NCBI RefSeq assembly: GCF_020745735.1
Contig: NC_083435.1
Coordinates: 36,233,090 to 36,297,089 of the forward strand
DNA from: Hemiscyllium ocellatum
Lineage: Eukaryota
Reading direction: 5' to 3'
Length of the DNA stretch: 64,000 bases
Part shown: piece after piece, positions 48,401 through 59,584 of the stretch
Numbering within the stretch: position 1 is the first letter of the stretch
Layout of the letters: each line of letters opens with the position of its first letter
Position numbers and translations under genes: made by a program
Notes under the pieces: model-generated
Seen by the model: the letters and a program-made list of their open reading frames with translations, nothing else
Told to the model about the DNA's origin: nothing
The model's database searches: none

Positions 48401-51400
48401 GCTGTCCCTTCACCATTCTGTTATTGCTGTCCCTGCACCATCCTGTTACTGCTGTCCCTGACCCATCCTGTTACTGCTATCCCTGATCTATCCTCTTACT
48501 GCTGTCCCTGCACCATCCTGTTACTGCTGTCCCTGCACCATCCTGTTACTGCTCCCCCTGACCCACCCTGTTACTGCTGTCCTTGCACCATCCTGTTACT
48601 GCTGTCCCTGATCCATCCTGTAACTGCTGTCCCTGACCCATCCTGTTACTGCTGTCCCTGCAGCATCCTGTTAATCCTGTCCCTGATCCATTCTGTTACT
48701 GCTGTCCGTGCACCATCCTGTTACTGCTGACCCTGACCCACCCTGTTCCTGCTGTCCTTGCACCATCCTGTTACTGCTGTATCTGCACAATCCTGTCACT
48801 GTTGTCCCTGACCCATTCTGTTACTGCTGACCCTGACCCACCCTGTTCCTGCTGTCCTTGCACCATCCTGTTACTGCTGTATCTGCACAATCCTGTCACT
48901 GTTGTCCCTGACCCATTCTGTTACTGCTGTCCCTGACTCATCCTATTACTGTTGTCCTGGCACCATCCTGTTACTGCTGTCCCTGACTCATCGTGTTCCT
49001 GCCCTTCATGACCCATCCTGTTACTGCTGTCCCTGACCACCCTGTTACTGCTGTCCCCGCACCATCCTGTTACTGCTGTCCCTTCACCATTCTGTTATTG
49101 CTGTCCCTGCACCATTCTGTTACTGCTGTCCCTGCAGCATCCTGTTACAGCTGTCCGTGCACCATCCTGTTACTGCTGTGCCTGCACCATTCTGTTACTG
49201 TTGTCCCTGCATCATCCTGTTACTGCTGTCCCTGACCCATCCTCTTACTGCTGTCCCAGATCCATCCTGTTACTGCTGTCCCTGCACCATCGTGTTACTG
49301 CTGTCCCTGACCCATCTTGTTACTGCTGTCCCTGACCCACCTTGTTACTGCTGTCCCTGCACCATCCTGTTACTACTGTCTCTGCACCGTCCTGTTACTG
49401 CTGTCTCTGCACCATCCTGTTACTGCTGTCCCTGCACCATCCCGTTACTGCTGTCCCTGACCCATCGTGTTCCTGCCCTTCATGACCCATCCTGTTACTG
49501 CCTTCCCAGACCACCCTGTTAGTTCTGTCCCTGCACCATTCTGTTACTGCTGTCCTTGCACCATCCTGTTACTGCTGTCCCTGATCTATCCTGTTACTGC
49601 TGTCCCTGCACCACCCTGTTACTGGTTTCCCTGCACCATCCTGTTACTGCTGTATCTGCACAATCCTGTCACGGTTGTCCCTGACCCATTCTGTTACTGC
49701 TGTCCCTGACCACCCTGTTACTGCTGTCCTCGCACCATCCTGTTACTGCTGTCCCTTCACCATTCTGTTATTGCTGTCCCTGCACCATTCTGTTACTGCT
49801 GTCCCTGACCCATCCTGTTACTGCTGTCCCAGACCCATCCTGTTAGTGCTGTCTCTGCACCATCCTGTTACTGCTGTCCCTGCACCATCCTGTTACTGCT
49901 GTCCCTGACCCATTCTGTTGCTGCTGTCCCTGACCCATCCCGTCCCTTCTGTCCCTGCACCATCGTATTACTGCTGTCCCTGACCCACCCTGTTACTGCT
50001 GTCCCTGCACCATCCTGTTTCAGCTGTCCCTGCACCATCCTGTTGCTGCTGTCCCTGACCCATCCCGTCCCTTCTGTCCCTGCACCATCGTATTACTGCT
50101 GTCCCTGACCCACCCTGTTACTGCTGTCCCTGCACCATCCTGTTACTGTTGTCCCTGCACCCTCCTGTTACTGCTGTCCCTGCACCATCCTGTTACTGCT
50201 GTCCCTTCACCATCCTGTTACTGCTCTCCCTGACCCATGCTGTTTCTGCTGTTCATGACCCATCCTGTTACTGCTGTCCCTGACCATCCTGTTACTGCTG
50301 TCCCTGCACCACTCTGTTGCTGCTGTCCCTGCACCACCCTGTTACTGCTGTCCCTGACCCATCCTGTTACTGCTGCCCCTGCACCATCCTGTTACTGCTA
50401 TCCCTGATCTATCCTCTTACTGCTGTCCCTGCACCATCCTGTTACTGCTGTCCCTGATCCATCCTGTTACTGCTGTCCCTGCACCATCCTGTTACTGCTA
50501 TCCCTGACCCATCCTGTTACTGCTGTCCCTGCACCATCCTGTTACTGCTGTCCCTGCACCCTGTTACTGCTGTCCTTGCACCATCCTGTTACTGCGGTCT
50601 CTGCACCATCCTGTTAATGCTGTTCCTTACCCATCCTGTTACTGCTGTGCCTGCACCATCCTGTTACTGCTGTCCCTGCACCATCCTGTTACTGCTGTCC
50701 CAGATCCATCCTGTTACTGCTGTCCCTGCACCATCGTGTTGCTGCTGTCCGTGACCCATCCTATTACTGCTGTCCCAGACCAATCCTGTTACTGCTGTCC
50801 CTGACCCATCTTGTTACTGCTGTCCCTGACCCATCTTGTTACTGCTGTCCCTGACCCACCCTGTTACTGCTGTCCTTGCACCATCCTGTTACTACTGTCT
50901 CTGCACCATCCTGTTACTGCTGTCCCTGCACCATCCTGTTACTGCTGTCCCTGACCCATCCCGTTCCTGCCCTTCTTGACCCATCCTGTTACTGCCTTCC
51001 CAGACCACCCTGTTAGTGCTGTCCCTGCACCATTCTGTTACTGCTGTCCCTGCACCATCCTCTTACTGCTGTCCTTGCACCACCCCGTTACTGCTGTCCC
51101 TGACCCACCCTGTTACTGCTGTCCTTGCACCATCCTGTTACTACTGTCTCTGCACCATCCTGTTACTGCTGTCCCTGCACCATCCTGTTACTGCTGTCCC
51201 TGACCCATCCCGTTCCTGCCCTTCTTGACCCATCCTGTTACTGCCTTCCCAGACCACCCTGTTAGTGCTGTCCCTGCTCCATCCTGTTACTGCTGTCCGT
51301 GCACCATCCTGTTACTGCTGTCTCTGACCCACCCTGTTACTGCTGCCCCTTCACCATCCTGTTGCTGCTGTCCGTGCACCACCCTGTTACTGCTGTCCCT

Positions 51401-52235
51401 GACCCATCCTGATTCTGCTGTCCCTGACCCATCCTGTTCCTGCTCTCCCAGTAGCATCCTGTTACTGCTGTCGCTGCACCATCCTGTTACTGCTGTCCCT
51501 GCACCTTCCTGTTACTGCTGTCCCTGACCCATCTTGTTACTGCTGTCCCTGCACCATCCTGTTACTGCCGTCCCTGACCCATCCTGTTGCTGCTGTCCCT
51601 GCAGCATCCTGTTACTGCTGTTATAGCACCATCCCGTTACTGCTGTCCCTAATCTATCCTGTTACTGCTGTCCGTGCACCATCCTGTTACTGCTGTCCCT
51701 GACCCACCCTGTTACTGCTGTCCCTGCACCATCCTGTTACTGCTGTCTGTGCACCACCCTGTTGCTGCTGTCCCTGCACCATCCTGTTACTGCTGTCCCT
51801 GATCCATCCTGTTACTAATGTCCCTGCAGCATCCTGTTAATCCTGTCCCTGCTCCATCCTGTTACTGCTGTCCCTGCACCATCCTGTTACTGCTATCCCT
51901 GCACCATCCTGTTATTGCTGTCTCTGACCCATCCTGTTACTGCTATCCCTGCACCATCCTGTTATTGCTGTCTCTGACCCAACCTGTTACTGCTGTCCCT
52001 GACCCACCCTGTTACTGCTGTCCTTGCACCTTCCTGTTGCTGCTGTCCCTGACCAATCCTGTTACTGCTGTCCTTGCACCTTCCTGTTACTGCTGTCCCT
52101 GCACCATCCTGTTACTGCTGTCCCTGATCCATCCTGTCACTGCTGTCCCTGCACCATCCTGTTACTGCTGTCCCTGACCCATCCTGTTACTCATGTCCCT
52201 GACCCATCCTGTTACTCATGTCCCGGTGCCATCCT
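42461..52235. repeat. Very long minisatellite, 25 bp unit (ccatcctgttactgctgtccctg[ca/ac]), about 390 copies
   Basis: 25-bp period (e.g. 44041, 44066, 44091). The many Cys/Leu/His ORFs are frame rotations of the unit. Confidence 0.98.
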
Positions 52236-52239
52236 GTTG

Positions 52240-52800
52240 AAGAGTGTTGATGCCCTGGCTCGATGGTCATAGTGCAGTGTGGGATATGTCAGGCCACGAA
52301 GTTGCAGAGTCTGATTCAGCTGCTGCTCATGGCCCACAGTTTGTTCTGGATGGCCTGTATTCAGTGGGTAGCTCTATCCTCACTCTATCCCATTCAGCAT
52401 GATGGCAGCATTACCCAGCATGCTGTTTGTGAATGTACAAACCAGGGTGAGTGTATTGTAAGCAGGAAGCAGTATCTAATAAACAAAGCTGAGTAATTCC
52501 ACAACCAATGAATCAGATCGAAGCTCTGCTCTCCTGTTCCATCCAATCCTGAATGGGGCAGGAATCTCCAACAACTCACTGCAGGAGGAGACTCCTCAAT
52601 TATCCTGATCCTTAATAATGGCAGGCCCCAGCACACCAGATGCTGTTTCTAATGCCCTGGGCAACACTGGATAGACAATCAATTTCATTCCTTAGATCAC
52701 AGGTTGACATGTGTGGCCCTTTCCCATCACCATGTTCAGTGAAACAGTTCAGTTTGCACTGATCTGGCTGTTCCAGGCAAGGTATGTATTTGTTGTCCAA
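52240..52800 (-). mobile_element. Old CR1/L2-group LINE internal fragment
   Basis: Weak similarity to the 38655-38730 paralog and remnant peptides (WPDISHTALXPSSQG resembling RHIPHSTITIKPG). Confidence 0.4.
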
Positions 52801-53015
52801 ACATCATTGTCCTGAATTGAGTGTCTATTCCAGAGGACAGTTAGGAGTCAGCAGTGTCTGTGGGTCTGCAGTCACATCTGGGCCAAACCAGGACAGAATG
52901 GCAGATTTCCCTCCTCAAAGAACACTTAATCAATGAAGAAATGTTTTCCCACAAATTGGTGCTCTTTTTCACAGTCACTATTCTGACAACAGACTGCAGT
53001 TCCTCGATTTAATAC

Positions 53016-53115
53016 CACCTGATGAAGGAGCAGCGCTCCAAAAGCTAGTGCTTCCAAATAAACCTGTTGGACCTTAACCTGATGTTGTGTGATTTTTAAA
53101 TTTGTCTACCCCAGT
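53016..53115 (+). mobile_element. PLE 3' tail (family 2) with a hammerhead motif mutated at G12
   Basis: CAC-CTGATGA-A-GGAGC agc GCTCC-AAAAGCTA-GTG followed by cttccaaataaacctgttggac. Confidence 0.75.
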
Positions 53116-54719
53116 CCAACACCAGCACCTGCACATCATAGATTTAATTCCTTCGCTTTAATTCCATCAGATAAATGTTGTCAGTTATGATCCTCTGTCC
53201 CAGAGAATTAGTCTGGGCCTGTGGATAATTAACCCAATAATATTGGGCCACTCTCTCCATTGCGAAATGTGAGTAAAAACAAAACTTATAGCATTTCTCG
53301 GAAACGGTTTCATTGTCGGGAATAACTGCAAATGAACAAAGTGAAAGTAAAATGTTTTGCAACCCCACCCTATCTCTGAGATAGCAGCAGCATTTCCTGT
53401 ACAAGTTCAGACTGTTCCAGTCGGGTAACAGAAATATCAGTGCCCACAGTCAATAATCCTTATTTACGTCTGATTGCAGCTTGACTCCACATCCCAATAC
53501 CTGTCGATACAAGATATTTAGTCACTGAAACAATCAGAGACTGACGTGAACTCCCTGCAAGGACGAGAGTCTTCGGCAGTGTTTCTGTTTTCTAACAAGT
53601 GCTGTTGTTAAAAAAGAGCCGAGATCTCAGTGAAAACCCTGGTCCCTCCAGTCCCGATAGTGATCTCCCCCACAGCTGGATCACAGACACTTCATGTACA
53701 GGTCAGTGAAATAGATTCATGTGGGAGGGAACCTGTGAGTGTGAGTTTAGTTGTTTGTGTATATGAGTGTGAGGGCTGTCTCCTACATTACTGTGAGACA
53801 GTGAGAGGGTGGCTGAATGTGATCAATGTTATGTCAGTGTAATAGCAGCTGCATGTGTGTGAGATCCCATTTGGGTGGGTGTGAGTGGGAAATGAGTGTC
53901 TGACTGTGAAGCATATACCCCTGTACTGTGCTTTTATACAAATGTGTGTGACACAACCCGATGGAATATCCAGCAAACTGGTGAAAACAATATATTGGTC
54001 CGGCTCATCTCTTATCGCTCCACCTGGAGGACTCGTATGACTAGCTCAATTCCAAATTCCAAATATGACCTATTTTTCTGGGCTCTTTCTCTCTCTGAGT
54101 TACACTGGTTAGACTGTAACAGCAACATCCGTTTTGAGGTTGCTGATGTGTTGTGACACACAGATAATTTTGGATCAGTCCCCTCACCCTTCCCTGACCA
54201 ATGGGACTGGGAGACTCAGTAACTCCACTGCCGCCTCACTCACTGCAGTGATTCCCCCACAAGTGGAAAAGCAGGTACTTCATGTACAGTTCAGTGAAAT
54301 AATTTAATGTCAAGGGATCCTGTTGAAAGTGAGTTAACCTGTTTGTGTGTATAAGTGTGAAAGAGCCTGGTGTGTTCTTGTGATACAGTAAGAATGTGTG
54401 TGAGTGTGACAATGGCTGTGTTAGTGTGACAGGAGTTCCATGAGTATGTCCCATTTATGGAGTGGGTGAATAAATCACATTTATGTCAGACAATGTTTTG
54501 GGAAATGTGTATGATGACAAAACCACAGCCCTGTATTTGCATGTGTGTTTTAAATTTAATATCAAACAAGGCAAGTTCTGCTTTACTTATTAATGGTGCT
54601 GATGTAACCACACCTGCAGTTCTTTGTACAGTATTGGTCTTTAATGAAGGTTACAAAGACATTGGAAGCCGTTCAGTGAAGGTGTATTAGTCTAATACCC
54701 GGATTTGTGAGGTTGGTGA

Positions 54720-55026
54720 GGATGAAGAAAGGTTGGACAGTCTCTGTTTGTATCTGCTGGTGTTTATATCGGCCTGGAGGGGGCGACTTGATTGAACCAG
54801 ATATGATCAGGAGGGATCTTGGCAGGTTGATGTGGAGAGGGTCTTAACTCTTCAAGGGAGAATCGAGAATGAGAGATCGTTCTTTAAAGATAAGGGGCTC
54901 GTTCATTTAAAACAAATATTGGGGACAACATTTCCTCTGGGTGGGACATGAGGAATTGGAACTCTCTCCCCAAAACACAGTGGGAATAGATGCTTGAATA
55001 TTTATGACAAGTGCAGAACAGATTCT
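54720..55026 (+). mobile_element. Highly decayed CR1 3' fragment, abutting the L1 tail
   Basis: Residual similarity to CR1 3' coding sequence (ggggcgacttgattgaa..ttaaagataagggg..tggaactctctcccc). Confidence 0.5.
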
Positions 55027-58000
55027 TTTTTAATAGATATTTTTATTGAAAATTTAACATGGTTTTACAAACTTACAAAATAATACATGGTAATACAAAT
55101 ATTAATATACAATTAAATATTAAATAAATAATAACCAAAATCTAACAAACAAAAAGAAGAGATTTTAAAAAGGAGAAAACAAAACTCAACTAACTACTAA
55201 TCTAACTTATAACTAACCAGAGCGTATAATACAATATCTTACATTACTCAAGAGGAAAAAAAGGATAACATAGTAATTAAATAGTGAAGTACGTGCTCTG
55301 AACCAATTAATATCAAGTCATAATAAAGCCCGTATGCATGTGGGATTCCTTCCCCAAGGGCCCCCGGACCAGCCAGAACCACTACCACAACTAGATGAAA
55401 GCCCTTGACAAAATGGCTGAAATATCTGTATCTATATAATTCAGGAAGGGCTGCCATATTTTATAGAATAATTCAGTTTTTTGGTGCACCATATTTGTAA
55501 GGAAGTCAAGGGGAATACATTCCGTGACCAACCTATACCAATTCGAAAGTCCTGGATGGCCCTTGGCTACCCAGTTTACGAAGATATTTTTCCTTGCACA
55601 AAAGGAGAGAATGGAAAATAATTTCCTCCCGTGCACATCCAGGGAAGGCAGGCTCGAAAAGTACAGGAGAAGAGATACTGGATCTACTTTAATTTCCGCT
55701 TCCAAGATTTTTGTGAAAGCATTTGCTACTCTGACCCAGTATTTGTGGATCTTATAACATATCCACAAGCAGTGTGTGAGAGTCCCCAACTCTATTTTAC
55801 ATTTGGGACACACTGGAGATGCTCCTGCCTTAAATTTTGCCAATCATTCCAGTGCTATAAGAGTCCTTTAACTGAATGGCTTGGGTTCTATTACAGATGG
55901 AGATTTTTCTGGCATTTTCCCAGATGTCATCCCACATTTCAGTGAATATTTCCAACCCCAATTCCTGATCCCATGTTCTAAGCAAACTTCCATGTCTTCC
56001 GAAACTTCATTATGTAAGAAATGATAGAGAGTGCTGGCCACAGCACTCTTCTTTCCCTATCTGATTTATAATTCTATCTAATAACATAGTCTTCTTCTGG
56101 ATGTAATCTCTAATTTGGAAGTATCGAAAAAGGTCCCCATTAGGTAATCAAAATTTCTGGTGCAGCTGTTCAAAAGGCATCATGACCCCCTCATCAAACA
56201 GATTTCCTAAACAGGAGATACCCCTGGACCTCCAGGATTTAAATGTGGCGTCTGTGAGCCCTGGTTGAAAACCCCATGCCCCCACTATTGGAGTATAAGG
56301 GGAGTTTTTAAGTGAATTATCCTCATTTTGCTGCATTATCTTCCAGGCTTTAATGGTGTTTAATACTATAGGGTTTTTAAATAGTCCATAATGGCTTTCC
56401 TCTTATCTAAAAATAAGAGCTTAATAAGAGGACCCTTTGCTTGAGAAGCCTCGATGTCCAGCCAGATTGCTTGTGGGTCAGATGAGACTCAATCGGCTAT
56501 GTAGCTTAATAAAGAGCTCAGCTGATACTTCCTAAAGTCTGGAAAATCCAGCCCTCCCCTTGCTTGTGGAAGCTGTAGCTTCTTTAACTTAATGAGTGGC
56601 TGTCTATGATTTCAGATAAAGGAACCAAGCCAACCATACAATTTGCGCAGTGCCGGCCTCACATTCAAAACCCTTCTAATATTATTAGATGATCTATGGC
56701 CCTTGATAAACACCGTCTGATCCTCTTTGATGATATATGGCAATACCCTCTCCAGCCTCAATGCTAATATTTTAGAAAGAATTTTAAAATCTACATTTAG
56801 CAAAAATATTGATCTGTATGATGTGCAATCTTCTGGTTCCTTTCCCTTTTTTGAGAATGAGAGAAATATTCACCTCTCTCAATGAAGGCAGGAGGCAGTC
56901 CTGACTACACATGTCCATAAGTGGACCAGCTAATATGCCTGTAAACTCTTTGTAGAATTCAACCTGAAATCCATCTGGGCCAGGTGCTTTTCTGCTCTGA
57001 AGCTGCCTAATTTTTCAAGTACTTCCTGGGTTGTTAGGGGAGCATTCAGGACTGACACCTGTTCCAGGGTTAAGTCCGGAAAGGACAGGCTTTTAAAAAA
57101 AGGACTCCATCTTCTTGGCTCTATCTTCACAATCCTGAAATTTATACAAATCAAAGTCAAGCTTTCTGAAGATTGTATTGATCCTTTTATGATCATGAGT
57201 CAGAGGGGGCGGGGTTATATCCCCAGTACTTTGGGTATCCTGTCAATCTCTGGGTTCATAATACAATTAAAATCTCTCCCTGTAATTGTGTAGCGAGCCC
57301 TGAAAGCCATCAGTTTGGAGAATGCTATAAATTTGAAAAGATGCGTCGGGGGACAATAAAGATTCAAAATTCCATATTCCTCTCCATTTATAAGGGTTTT
57401 AATCAGTATGTACTGTCCAGATAAATCTTTTATCTGACTTAAGATTTTGAAAGAGATTCTTCCGAATGAGAATGACTACTCCCTTACTTTTTGAACTGAA
57501 AGATGAAAAGAAGGCCTGATCAAATCCTCCCTGTTGTAATTTCAAGTGTTCTTTATCCGGTATATGTGTCTCCTGTAAGAGAGCTATATCAACCATTTCT
57601 TTTTTGAGGTTTGATAATATTTTCTTCCTTTTTCTTGGTGAGTTACTCCCCTTGACATTCCAGGTGCACCATTTAATCGAATGACTAACCATAATTGTCC
57701 AGGCAAGTCTGAGACCCTCTAGGAGGAAGAACCCCATCCAAAACACCCTGAGCAGAGACCAAAGAAAATTCACAAAAATAAAGATTCTTTAATACACTCA
57801 CGCCAATATAGTAAAAAAAATTTCAAAATTTTAAAAAAGTATATAAAACATATTTAAAATGAGATTTTCCCCCTTGCTTCCAGGGGGCATCACTTCCTAT
57901 TAGTAAACCCATTGTATCTTCTCCCAACTAGCGCCCCACCCTCATAATAAAATAGAAAAATTCAAATGTACTATAAAGCTAAAGTTAACAGTGAGTACCT

Positions 58001-58400
58001 ACCTCCCCAATCCACACCAACACCTAGATACATTTAGTACAGATAATACCATGTATAAACATATAAAACTATAAAGTTACATTCTCAGCAGGTAATAACA
58101 AGTATAATAACACAAAAAAGGGGGAAAACCCCACTCTAAAAGAAAGAAATAAGGTAGGACAAAGCAAACGCCCCCCTCACCTGAATCAACTAAACCGCCT
58201 GACCTATTAAAAAAAAGGAAATTGGATAGTGGAGAACAAAATAAGCCCCCTCTCTATCTCCCAGGGATGATATTAAACAATAAAGGAAATAAGGGAAAAA
58301 TAAAGGGTAAACCGGGGTGGGGGAGCAGAACAGCATCATTAACCACACAGATTAATTCTCACAATCTATTTAAGAGAGTCCAAAAATTCCTTGGCCTTCT
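55027..58400 (-). mobile_element. L1-clade LINE, 5'-truncated, frameshifted and internally deleted (ORF1 end, long AT-rich spacer, ORF2, 3' UTR)
   Basis: ORF1 end EKAKEFLDSLK* (58366); ORF2 ATG at 57692 (KWCTWNVKG..LQETH); LLNVDFKILSKILALRL; C-terminal CPKCKIELGTLTHCLW; polyA signal and A tail near 55030-55050. Confidence 0.9.
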
Positions 58401-58765
58401 CCGTGCTGGGCCCTCTGTCCTCCAAACTGGGCCCGCTGTCCTCCTTGCTGGGCCCGCTGTCCTCTGTGCTGGGCCCACAGTTCTCCACACTGGGCCCACT
58501 GTTCTCCATACTGGGCCCACTGTCCTCCGCACTGGGCCCGCTGTCCTCCGTGCTGGGCCCACTGTCCTCCGCACTGGGCCCACTGTTCTCCATACTGGGC
58601 CCACTGTCCTCCGCACTGGGCCCGCTGTCCTCCGTGCTGGGCCCACTGTCCTCCGCACTGGGCCCACTGTTCTCCACACTGGGCCACTGTCCTCCGTGCT
58701 GGGCCCGCTGTCCTCCGAGCTGGGCCCACTGATCTCCACACTGGGCCCATTTTCCTCCGCACTGT
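58398..58765. repeat. Minisatellite, 21 bp unit (ctgggcccactgtcctccgca), about 17 copies
   Basis: Direct periodicity. The unit has no stop codons, which explains the overlapping ORFs on both strands. Confidence 0.95.
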
Positions 58766-59584
58766 GCCCACCTGAAGTCCACGCCCTGGGCTTTCACCAC
58801 CATCAATGCCATCCAAGCGCAGGACAAGGTAATCCAGTTTTAAAAAATGTCTCGAGGGGGAATACAGAAAGAAAAAGTAAATGGGTCAGAGTGGATGAGT
58901 TCCAGCACAGGAGCCCTATTGTACCACTATCTTGGACCAGAAATCTGTGGGATAAAGTTTTCCTTCCTCTGGGAGGATGGTATTGTTGTAGATTTAATTA
59001 GTTCTTGAGGAGAGGTTACATGATCCTCAGCAAGTTTAGTGCAAGAAGTGGTTTGTTACAAATTGAGGAACTGTATCCAGCCTTACACAATGCCCAGTCT
59101 CTCCATGGATCCATGGTGCTTCTCTCAAGTCTCTCTCTCTCTCTCTGTCATGGCCTCTTTATCACCACAAGGGGAGCTATTACTCTCACTCTCCCAGACA
59201 GTCACCCTCCAACCAAACCTTTTCTTAGCCAGCTCCTCTACAGGGAAAAGGTTCCCCTTTATTTATAGCTGGTCAAAATATAAATTAAAGCAAAATATTA
59301 AAAAATAATTAATAGAGAAGGAAAAGTTAGAGTATGAGAGAAAGTCAGCCAAAAATATAAAAACTGATTGCAACATTTCTTTAGATATTTGAAGAATATC
59401 GAACAATGTGAGTGTTGATCCATTAGACATTGAGTTTGGCGAATATGTTATAGAGGAGAAAAGATAAATTGAACAGATATTTAGCATCAGGCTTCATTAA
59501 AGAGGATTCAATTAGCATCCCAGAAACAGCTGTAAATCAGGGATTAATAGGGAGGGAAGAACACCAGAAAATTATAACCAGCAG

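Noticed and set aside
42324-52272. Dozens of Cys/His/Leu-rich ORFs resembling metallothionein or keratin-associated proteins
   Set aside because: They are frame rotations of a 25-bp non-triplet repeat; stops arise wherever the ctgac variant falls in frame.
58222-59001. Overlapping long ORFs on both strands
   Set aside because: Produced by a stop-free 21-bp minisatellite.
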